IMG/VR virus record: IMGVR_UViG_3300045741_000623
Coordinates: 1-64,000 of that record
DNA: 64,000 nt
Direction: 5' to 3' (one strand)
DNA from: a virus
The notes under the pieces were generated by a model. The model saw nothing but the letters and a program-made list of their open reading frames with translations, did not search any database and was not told the DNA's origin. Below, in pieces: positions 9,065 to 18,800 of this stretch (position 1 is the stretch's first letter; each line of letters begins with the position of its first letter). The position numbers and the translations under genes are program-made.

Positions 9065-9999
9065 GCGCGCCAACACTTTCGGTAATTATTGCCACGCACA
9101 ACGATCACGTTGAATTGGCCAACACCGTTGCGAGTATTCGCGCCACTTCGGACGCCGACCGCGTTGAAGTTGTCGTGGTGGACGATTCTTCGTCTATTCC
9201 AGTGGCGCCAATTGAACGAGCCAAGCTTCGCCGGAACAGTCGAAGAATCGGTTGCGGCCCTTCACGATTCGTGGGGGCCACGATGGCAGATGGCGAGTAT
9301 TTCCTGATCTGCGACAGTCACATGCGTTTTGGTGATAACTGGTACCAGAATGCCATGCCATTGTTGCAACCGAAAACCCTGCATTGCGGAACGTGCGTTG
9401 CCTTGGGCAAAGAAATGAATCCGAACGTCGGCTCGCCGTATCACGGCGCAACTTGGAATTTTTGCGGGCCATTTCGAAGCGGAAAGTTGAAGGACGATCC
9501 GCGTTACAACCAAGTGTTTGAATGCGTTTGGGGCGAAAAACCGACAACTGACGAGTCTCCAATCCCTGCCGTCATGGGCGCGTCTTACTTCATCCATCGT
9601 GAATGGTTCTTCGAATTAGACCCGTTGCGGCACTTGAGAATGTGGGGCGGGGATGAACAGGAATTGTCACTCAAAGCCTGGCTGGCCGGCGGAGAAATAC
9701 GGCTGCTGAATACAGTTCGCATTGGCCATCTCTTTCGGGAAGGGAAAGTGTCCTCCAGTTACGTGATGCCATGGCACGTTCTCTACAACAAACTCTTTAT
9801 TGCGCACACCTGTTTACCGCCAGAATTGGCGATGCGGATTCATGCCAAGTTTCAGCGCGAACTGCAATTTAGCATGGCTTTATCAGCGATTCGCAACGAT
9901 TGGCATTTGTTGGAGACGGCGCGGAGTTACAACCTGAAGATTTTCGAGCAGTCTTTTGAGTGGTATTTAGAGGCGTTCGGATTAACTTTCCCGAGGTAG
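9061..9999 (+). CDS. polypeptide N-acetylgalactosaminyltransferase-like (GT27/GT2-type) glycosyltransferase
   Basis: 312 aa. GT-A N-terminus LSVIIATHNDHVELANTVASIRAT...VEVVVVDDSS. DxH metal motif in YFLICDSHMRF. MWGGDEQELSLKAWLAGGEIRLLNTVRIGHLFR aligns by eye with the Gal/GalNAc-T motif WGGEN-E-S-R-W-CGG......GH-FR of ppGalNAc-transferases. Confidence 0.7.
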   Translation: MSAPTLSVIIATHNDHVELANTVASIRATSDADRVEVVVVDDSSSIPVAPIERAKLRRNSRRIGCGPSRFVGATMADGEYFLICDSHMRFGDNWYQNAMPLLQPKTLHCGTCVALGKEMNPNVGSPYHGATWNFCGPFRSGKLKDDPRYNQVFECVWGEKPTTDESPIPAVMGASYFIHREWFFELDPLRHLRMWGGDEQELSLKAWLAGGEIRLLNTVRIGHLFREGKVSSSYVMPWHVLYNKLFIAHTCLPPELAMRIHAKFQRELQFSMALSAIRNDWHLLETARSYNLKIFEQSFEWYLEAFGLTFPR

Positions 10000-10009
10000 A
10001 AAAACGGCT

Positions 10010-11809
10010 ATGGCAAAGACATGGAAGCCAATCGCAATCTCGCCACTGACCGGGATGCTCGACACCCGTTCGAGACCAGCGGACCTTGCCCCGGGCTCAT
10101 TTCGCTACAAGCTCAACGCCGCAATCAATCGGAGCGGTTCGCTTTGCGTCCGAGGTGGGCACGCAGCGTTAAATTTCGGGTTGCGATCGGACTCCCCGCT
10201 GGCGATTCCCAATTGGGACTTTCATCGGAGGGACGTGCCGGTGCGGAACCCCATTACGTTCATTTTCGAAAGCACGTCACCGGCTGGCGCGCGCACCTTA
10301 TTCGTTGGGTCCGACTCTGAACTCTCGCGGCTGAATAACGATACTTCCGAATGGACGCAATTGTCGCCCGGCGGCACCGGGAAACGCTGGCACGCCGCCG
10401 CTTCCGGTGAGTACATCATTTTCACGAATGCCGGGGCGAACGGTGTTCAAAGCGGGGTCCTGTGTCATAAGTTGGGCCAGAACGGATTTAACTCGCCTCA
10501 CGCGATCATCCCGCGTTCCGCCGGCAACTACATCATGGTTGCCAAAGTTGCCATCGAATTCGCCGGGGTAGTGTTGTTGATGAACCTTACGGAAGGACCA
10601 GATAAGGATCATCTGCAAACAGTTTCGTCGAGGATCGCTTGGAGTGATTACAACGTTCCGTATGATTTTGAGAACGGAAAGGCGTCCTCCGTTGCGGGTT
10701 TCCAAGATTTGGATTATGGCGATGACATTCTTGCGGCTGCTGAAATGATGGGGTCCGTTTACATCTTCACCACGCGCTCAATCTGGCGCATGGTGACGAA
10801 CATTACCCAGGACACGATCTTCGCGTTTCAGAAAATTTATTCCGAGCCCAAGAATCAGAGTCGTTGTTTGGCTTACCCGAACACGTTGGTTACGACCGGT
10901 CGCGAATTGTTTTGGATGGGCCGGGACACCATTTGGACCTTTAATCCTTACATCTTGGGCCCGGAATCTCCGGAATGGCTTCTGAAATCGTCCGGCGCAT
11001 TATTCAGCGAGAGCAACGCTGATCGAATGGACAAACGTTGCTGTGACGCGATTTGCGGCGCCTTTCATCCGGTAGCCAATGAAGTGTGGTTTTCCTACCC
11101 TCAAGACCAGGGCAGGGACGTGTCAACCTGCATCAACAATCGTTGTCTGGTGCTCAACACCGAATTCAAAACTGCCGATTACGTGGACACCGGTTACAGC
11201 GCATTCGGAAATTTTCGGCGCACGGCGACCTCAAGCGAACAGTGCAATGCGGATCAAGTATTCATTGGAGGTTCAGCTTCAGATTATTGCCTCAAATCCA
11301 TTGGTGACGTTTTCTACCGGGAAACCGTGAACCTGACTGCCGGCAACGCATCGGCTGACATTCCAGACCTTTTGTACGCAACCAGCAAATCGGGATATTT
11401 CTTTCGGGTCATGGGCGAAATCCCACTTGGGTTGCCATTCGACACGAAGCAGGTTCGGGAGTTGCGCTTGGACGCTACCATAGCGCCAAACACTCTCATC
11501 GAAAACAATCTACTCACCCTTCGTATTGGCAACAGCGTGACGCCTGAAGACCCAGTCGCCAACAATGGCCGGTGCGGCGTTCAATGGCGGCAACAGGAAG
11601 ACCTGCCGTTGATCTGTTCGAATGATGTCACGCTTGAGACCATGGCGAAACTGGGGGAGAACCCGAGCGATCCTTTGGCTTGGACACTTTTCGAATACGG
11701 ACTACACCTTTACTTCGACGTCCGTCTCACTGGCCCAAACGGAATCGCCGCGCCGACGGATCACGACGTCGCTTTTAGCGCTTTCCGATTCGATTCGTTG
11801 CTCGTTTGA
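10010..11809 (+). CDS. hypothetical protein (possibly virion-associated, beta-rich)
   Basis: 599-aa ORF, last gene of the + strand block. Beta-strand-rich sequence with repeated aromatic-turn segments (SVYIFTTRSIWRM, EVWFSYPQD). No enzymatic motif. Function not assignable by eye. Confidence 0.4.
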   Translation: MAKTWKPIAISPLTGMLDTRSRPADLAPGSFRYKLNAAINRSGSLCVRGGHAALNFGLRSDSPLAIPNWDFHRRDVPVRNPITFIFESTSPAGARTLFVGSDSELSRLNNDTSEWTQLSPGGTGKRWHAAASGEYIIFTNAGANGVQSGVLCHKLGQNGFNSPHAIIPRSAGNYIMVAKVAIEFAGVVLLMNLTEGPDKDHLQTVSSRIAWSDYNVPYDFENGKASSVAGFQDLDYGDDILAAAEMMGSVYIFTTRSIWRMVTNITQDTIFAFQKIYSEPKNQSRCLAYPNTLVTTGRELFWMGRDTIWTFNPYILGPESPEWLLKSSGALFSESNADRMDKRCCDAICGAFHPVANEVWFSYPQDQGRDVSTCINNRCLVLNTEFKTADYVDTGYSAFGNFRRTATSSEQCNADQVFIGGSASDYCLKSIGDVFYRETVNLTAGNASADIPDLLYATSKSGYFFRVMGEIPLGLPFDTKQVRELRLDATIAPNTLIENNLLTLRIGNSVTPEDPVANNGRCGVQWRQQEDLPLICSNDVTLETMAKLGENPSDPLAWTLFEYGLHLYFDVRLTGPNGIAAPTDHDVAFSAFRFDSLLV

Positions 11810-12156
11810 CCGCCCAGTTCTTTCAGATTCGCGGCGCTAAGTTCCTGAAGAATTGATTCCTGGGGTTTACGGAGGTACGGAAATTTGAAGTTATGCCGGC
11901 GCAACCAGCGCCAGTGATTGCGCATTCGCCAAGGATTTACCTGAGTCCCGTAAAGGAAGGCGACGATCACGTCCAGTTTGACGCCATTCCAACTTCGTTT
12001 GCGCGCCGTCCGCAGATAGGTGCGTTCAGATAGCCGTGACCGCGCAACAATGACGGCGAGCGGGGTGCGGCGGCTTCGAGTCCTCGCAAGAGCGTGAGCC
12101 AGAAACGGCGGACACTTCGTCAGTTCATCCAGGGGGGTTTTCTTTGGGTACGCCAT
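11761..12156 (-). CDS. hypothetical basic protein (possible DNA-binding)
   Basis: The ORF track gives 11761..12213. I prefer the ATG at 12156 (MAYPKKTPLDEL...). Very Arg/Lys-rich. Its 3' end overlaps the convergent 10010-11809 gene by ~49 nt, which lowers confidence. Confidence 0.35.
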   Translation of the reverse strand: MAYPKKTPLDELTKCPPFLAHALARTRSRRTPLAVIVARSRLSERTYLRTARKRSWNGVKLDVIVAFLYGTQVNPWRMRNHWRWLRRHNFKFPYLRKPQESILQELSAANLKELGGQTSNESNRKALKATS

Positions 12157-12550
12157 TCGTTTTTGCCTTTTTCTGGTCGAATTTTTCCCGAATTTTTTTG
12201 AATGCCGGTTCACTCATCGGCACGATTTTACCCGCTAACCCTTGTTGCTTGAGAAAGTCCGACATGATGAAGGCATATTCCTCGCTGACGATGCAAGCGG
12301 TATAGCCGGCAGCCAACATCTGCTTGCAAGCGGAGCAAATGGATTTCGTGAGGATCGCATTGGGGTCAACCGTCGCGTTATCGAAAGTTTTTCCGCAGAC
12401 CGCGCAGAATTGCCGGGGACCAAACATCAAACCCGCTTTGCGATTGCGCCGCGTGGTTTGTTCGATGCGCCGCACCTCGCGGCGCATCATGCCGAATGCC
12501 CGGCGCAGGTTGTCCGGATTCGGCCCGTTGTTGTTTGGATTCTCGCTCAA
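12125..12550 (-). CDS. hypothetical zinc-ribbon protein
   Basis: 141 aa. CAVCG ... CSAC four-Cys pattern. 4-nt overlap with the upstream gene on the minus strand. Confidence 0.5.
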   Translation of the reverse strand: MSENPNNNGPNPDNLRRAFGMMRREVRRIEQTTRRNRKAGLMFGPRQFCAVCGKTFDNATVDPNAILTKSICSACKQMLAAGYTACIVSEEYAFIMSDFLKQQGLAGKIVPMSEPAFKKIREKFDQKKAKTNGVPKENPPG

Positions 12551-12861
12551 TTGGCGTGCTTGCCTTCCACACCACGTTTCACGCGATCCGCAGTGCGCTT
12601 TTCAAGCCACATCAGCGCACTCTCAATGTGCGTTAGCGCGATGTCGTTTTCGCGGCACGGAAACTTCCCTTGGAGATAGTGCAGCCGATGAATTAACACC
12701 TTCAAGACTTCCTCATTCGTCGTCCCGTCTTGAACCGTCTTGAGTTCGGATTTTCCTTTTGCCACCGGTGTTTTCTTGATGAAGCGCAGTGGTTGTCTGA
12801 AGTGATCTTTCCCCTCGCAGTTGTCGAGTTCGTAATGATGGCCGACATCGTGTATCAACAT
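12547..12861 (-). CDS. Acb2/Tad1-hairpin-like small phage protein (candidate cyclic-nucleotide sponge)
   Basis: 104 aa. The C-terminal TVQDGTTNEEVLKVLIHRLHYLQGKFPCRENDIALTHIESALMWLEKRTADRVKRGVEGKH matches, from memory, the widespread phage module NG..nE.lL.i..dRL..fQ.G.f.CrEN..A.t.lE.Al.WL..Rt..R..RGVEG. I believe this module is now named the Acb2/Tad1 hairpin domain. Confidence 0.4.
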   Translation of the reverse strand: MLIHDVGHHYELDNCEGKDHFRQPLRFIKKTPVAKGKSELKTVQDGTTNEEVLKVLIHRLHYLQGKFPCRENDIALTHIESALMWLEKRTADRVKRGVEGKHAN

Positions 12862-12891
12862 GACAACAAAGTGCCATTTTTGGCAGCGCAG

Positions 12892-15800
12892 TCAAGCAAG
12901 ACTCAACCGCAGACGCCGCCTTGCTGGACGCCGAATGCCGCGCACCAACCGGGGACCGACTCGCAGCCGGCCAATTTTCGTGCTTCCACGTAAGCTGAGA
13001 CGTCGTCCGCCCCGGAGACCAAGACGACCGCGCACGAGCCCGGGCCGACGCGCGGCGCGAATGCTTCCACCAATGCCGCCGCGTGGCATTCTGATACCGG
13101 CGCCGCCACCTGAAACGAGCCCACCCGCGCCCGCCAAGCCGCGTTCCGAAGCGAGTCCACCTGTCGCAGCCAAACCGCCACTGGCCGCAAGACCGCCACC
13201 TGTGTCGTTGCCCAGGTTCAAACCGCCGCCGGCTACTTTGGCCGGTTTCGTGGGTTCAAGCCCGATTGCCTGCGCCGCAAGCTTGTCCGCGCTGTTTGTC
13301 AGCTTGGAAACCAGTTTCCGGGCGTCTTGCGGGGTATCACTGGCGATCGTGTCGATGTCGTCCAAAACGGATTTCTTGAGCAATGCCCCGCTCTTGAGGG
13401 TGAACTGGGCAAATTGGTCATCGGTCAATGTCCCGTATTTTTCTTCAAGTGTGGCCCGGCGCAACACCGGCGGGGCGGCAGATTGCGCAAGAAGCGTCTG
13501 ATACAACTTTCGGTTCTCGGAATTGTCGGCAACCTGAAACGCGATCGGCACGCCCGTGTCCGCAATCTTTCCGTACCAAGTTTGATTGCCGAGTTTATCT
13601 CCAAACCGGTTCACAGCCGGACGTTGCATGAACGCCAACACCGGGAAACTCGCCAGCATCGCCGCTTGCATGCTGGAGGTGTCCACTTTGCCCATGGTAA
13701 TGTCCCGCATGCTACGTTGAAGACCGAGAAACGGCATGGTGGCGGAAGCAGTCACGCCGGCTATCCTTTGAGCAAGGGCCGTTTCCGAGCCGCCTTGGCT
13801 TCCGAACGCTTGACCCCAACTTGTCAAATTCTGAATCAACCCACGCTGGCCCATCAAGTTGATGTAGTTGCCCAAGCCGTAAGCCGATGTTTTCTCCCAC
13901 GTCTCCGTAAATGGATTTCCGGTGGATTCCTTTTCTTTCTTGCGCCAATTGTAATCGTCGCGAGCGGAGAGAATCCAAAACAGATGCGACATCGGTTCAC
14001 CCAACCTTGTCAACGGTACCGTGATCGCTTTGCCGTTGTGAAACATGACGAGCGAATTCGGGCGGAAACCCTGTTTCAACCAAGCATCCTGCAAATTGCG
14101 GTTGGACGGACCCATGCCCGTCACGAAAACGTTGTTCTTGCGGTCGGTGTCATTACTATTGGCGCTCTGCCCCCATAGCGCGAATCCAGTCGCAGTTAAC
14201 ACCGCTTGAACCGCCGTAGCTGCAAGCGCCTGTTTAAGCCGATATTTCTCCTGATACTCGTTGGCCAAAGATTGCTTGAACCAACGGGTTTCGCCGTGTC
14301 TCTTCTGGTATTCATGGATGCCCAGTCGGAGCAATCCATACGGACTGTTCCACGCGTAGAATCTTGCCGTGCGCAGCGGGATCGCCAGATAACCCATGAC
14401 CGCAACTGCGAGCATACGATCCTGTGAAGTGCCACGCCGCATTAGCGACGAGATGCGTAGAACGGTGTGGATAAATGCGTGCGACATTAACCCACCTTCC
14501 TCCGCTTCGAGAACACCCGGCGCCAGCCGTCCCACGCCGGCATACGCATCGTATTCAGCGGCTTTGCGCGCTTCCCGGGCGGCATCAGTTCCTTCCCGCC
14601 CCTTGACACCCCTTTCTTGGATCGCCTGTTTTATTTCCGATTGCAAAAGATCGACCAACAACGCGTCAGCATGAACCATCGCCCGGGTGCTGGAGTAACC
14701 ACGCCTCAGACCGTCCAAGTAAGCGGTTTCCTTGAGACGATGCGAAGCTTCAACCAGATTGCCGACATCGCCCGTGGTTAGACCAGCGGCGCGCATGGCT
14801 TCCCCGCCGTACATGACGAGTTGCGCTTCTCGAATTGACACCGCGCTTGCTTGGTCGAATGCGTTGAGCATCCGCATGAAGAACTGTTGCGAACCGTACA
14901 ACACTTTGATTACTCCCTTCGCGCGCCGCGCGGGCTCGCCACTGTTCAAATCGGTGCGTCCAGACTCGTACATGCGGCGCAACTCATTGCTGGCTGGCTC
15001 GAATTCGTTGTTGATGAACGTGTAAGCATCCGTCGTCACGGAATACTTAAACTCGTGCATGAAACTTTTGAACGCCGTCACCACTGGACGCCATGTTTCA
15101 TAGATTCGATGTGGAGCGGCAACGGTCATCAACGCGCGGTCCAGCGCCATCCACAGGGCTGGGCCCAAATAATTGATCGTGAAGGTGCGAATCCCCGTCA
15201 GGTTCGTTGCGATGAAATTCGAAGCGATGGAGTGAACCAGCGAAGGAGGCAAGCGCATGTGGAGGTAAATTCCCATCATGCGCTCGGTAATTTCTTTCCG
15301 CTCGATCAAGGTCAATTCGCCTTTCTGGTCCGACAATTCCATGTCCCACTCGGCAAGTTTCTTCCATTCCTCGGACGTCGGCAGCCGCCAGCCGGCTTTG
15401 CGTGCATAAGCCTCCGTCCAGGGTTTGTTCGGATCAGTCAATCCAACCCGGAACGCTTTGATGAATTCGTCCACGGATTCGGCGCCTGAAATTCTGGAGG
15501 TCAATCGCTTGGCCAACTCATCGGCTGCTTTATTCAGCGCGGTATTGAAACCTTCCTCGAAAAGTTGAACGGCTTCGGCAACGCGTTCGCGCCCAACGCC
15601 GTTGCTCAGAAACCATCGGGTTGCGACGTCATCGCGCCACGCTTTGGTTTGTTGCAGCAGAAACGGTGCGGCGATGATTTCGTCCATCAATTCGGCAATT
15701 CGTCCCGACTTTGCGGCGCGTTCCATGACGCGCACATTCGCGCTGGCGAACTGAGCCGAACGATCGTTGCCGACCGCTTGAGCTAATTCCTGGCGCACGA

Positions 15801-18800
15801 CCGGGTCCTTGACGCCAGCCGCTTCGAGCTTTGCCATGAGTTCCTGAAGGAACGGGTCCGGCACGAAAGGTTGACCTGCCGAAACATCCGTTATTGGGCC
15901 AATCCGCTTCGACGCTTCCAACGCGCCGTATTTTTCAATGTCTTGCTGGCTAGGTTTGATCTTCAGCGCTTCCCGAATGATTTCGCGCACCTGATTGATG
16001 ACGTCAGGCTTGACCCATTCCGCGCCGCGTTTCAACTCCAGTTGATTCAAAATGGCTTTCGCCGTTGTCTCTGCCAGACCCGCATTGCGTTTGGCTTCCT
16101 GCTCCCATAGCCGTCGGCGCCGATTCGAGTCCAGCATTTGCTTGCGGCGTTCAACTTGAAACGCCATTTCATCAGCCGTTTTCTTGGAGACACCCGCACG
16201 CAACATTTCGGCGGTCATATCTTCAAGGGAAACTTCGCCTTTCAGATATTTCTTGATGGCATCTTGCGCGAGACTCTTTCGATCCGGTTGCAGGAATTCA
16301 ACCGCATCTTGCGCCCAGCGCGAAAGCATGCCTTGAACTTTCGTATCTTCCCAGGTCGCTTCTTTGAGCCGCGCACGTTGCGCCTGTGTCCATTCGCGTT
16401 CGAGACGCACACTCCAGATGTTGTAGGCAAGCTCATCCATCTGCGCTTGCACCTTGGCTTCGTCGATCTCGATCTTTGGAATCTCCCTTGTCGGCTTGAA
16501 ATCCTCGCCGCCGGCAATTGCACCCGCCTCGTTCGCTTCCCGAATCTTGATGTTCTTACGCTCGATCTCGGCATTCGCCCGCTTGACGTAATCCTGGGCT
16601 GCCGCGAATAAATCGTCGGAAAGCTTGCGCTGGAATGCTTCGGGTCCGCCCGGAATATCCGCAATCGTCTTGCCACTAAGGGACTTTCGGAGTGCTTCCT
16701 GAACGATCTCTTTCATCCGATTGGTCACTCCGCTATCGACCCATTCGGTTGCCCGTTTTTGGTAGTTGTCCAAGAGTTGCTCGGCGTACTTTAATTCATC
16801 CGCCATCGCCAGCTTGGTAAGCCGTTCCGAAATGATTTGGGGAATGTCAGATGCCTTGACCTTTGGGTCGCCGAGTTCTTCTCGGATCACGCGGACAATC
16901 TCGCCCAATCGTTGGTCCCCAAACAGTTTGGTTTCCTTGAGGTCTTCAATGCCCTTGAAGATTTGCCGGGCGTTGTACCAAAGTGGACTTTCAGCCCCGG
17001 GACGACGTCCGCGCAGAATTGAACCCGCGACGGACCCGGACACCGCACCGAATCGGCTCGCAATGTCGGCATCGCGTTCGACCATAAACCGGAGCAAGAC
17101 TTGGTCGCCCGTGTCGCGCACCATGCGCACGGCGTAATCCCACGCATCGGACAGCATGATCGAGCCTGCCATTCTTTCGAGTGAAACCCCTTCGAGCCGC
17201 GCCAGTTCCGCTTGTGCTTGGGCTGGATCAACAAGCCGCGCCAGCAACGTTGCGACTCGCGCCGTGGTTTCGGGCGTCACGGGTCCGGTGAAATTCCATT
17301 CTGGTACCGCCCTTAACCTTCCCTGAATCTCGTCGATCTTTTCACGCGGATACTCAGGACCAATGGGCTCGCCGTAAACCTGCCGCCAACTGCGCTCCGT
17401 GTCGGCCCAGGCGAGCTCGGAATGATAGTCTGGCTGCAATGGACCGTACTCGTACCGGCCCCGGATCATATCCTGCCAGATTTCCTCGTCACGCGTGGTC
17501 AACTTGAACGCGCGGCGGATCATGTGGTAGAAGTCGCGTAGGATGTCCTTGAACCGTTCGAGCATTGTACGATCGGCTGGCCGCAAAAACTCTTTCACGG
17601 CGCGTTCGTTCATCATGTGCGCCCAGAACTCGTCACCGTTGATGAGGGGGTAAAGATCACGCAAAACGCGTTCGTTGTCGGAAGTCAGATGACTCACGAA
17701 TTCATGGCTTTCCATCGGCCCTTCCTTGAGCAAGCGGAGCAAGTTAATGCGCTGGTCCGCTTCCGCCGCCATGATCCGCGAGCCGTTGGCGTCAGCCCGG
17801 TTGCGGTCCTGATAAGCCTCGGCAAGTTTCAAGATGACTTCTTCGCGACGCCGGTCAATCGCCCATTGGCGATCTTCGTTGGTCATGTAGTTGAAGATAT
17901 GGTGGAGGATTTCTTCGGCTGTCACCTTTCCTTCCGCCGCCGTGTGCAGCCGCATCAAGCTTTTCCACCCTTCATCAAACGTCATCTCGCCCAAGCCCGT
18001 CCGATGCTGGAACGGGCCAGAATCAGCCATTTTTATCCAGTTGGTAAGCGCCAGCCTGAAGCCGGGAAGCGTGTCCCAAGACTTGGAAGTGACAAGGTGC
18101 CGCAAGATTGCCCGGGTTTCCTCGTTCATCATCACGTTGCCGCGATCCAGCAGCGCGAGAATGTCCGCCTTGGAATCGGCAGTAACAGTCTTCCAACGTT
18201 CGCCAAGCGGGGTTTGTTCGCCGTTCGTGGTAACGAGAGCCAGACTTGACGGTCGTCCACCGGCGCGCGTGCGCAACAGGGCGATAACCTCTTTCAATCG
18301 CTGGCGCTGTTCCTTGGTGAAAGCTTTCCGGGTTGTGGCGTCCTGATCGTTGACGGCAAGCTGACGTTCAAGAATGTCGGCAGCTTTAGCGGGATCACCG
18401 TACAACCGTTCAGCCGCATTTGCCGATTTGATTGGGTCAACTTCCTTTGCGACATCCTGAATACTGAACAGGTCATTCTGCTCAAGTTTCTGGTCGCCAA
18501 ACAACGTTTGATCCTTGGCCGGCGGAACTACCTTCGAAATCTCAACGGGTGATTCTTCTTTTTTTTTAGGCTCCGGCGCTGGGGGCGCAAATTGATCGGC
18601 AAGTTCCGGATTTTTGCGCAACTGCTCGATCTTGGATTCGAGTTCCGCAATCCGCTTGATGATGCCTTCCGGGTCTTTTACGTCAACACCGTGCTTGGCA
18701 GCCAGTTCCGGATTCTCTGCTGCGCCTTGAACTGCGTCGATTTCAGCGCTGAAACTCGCAATGAGTTTCTTGGCTTTTTGCCAATTGACTTCCCACTCCT

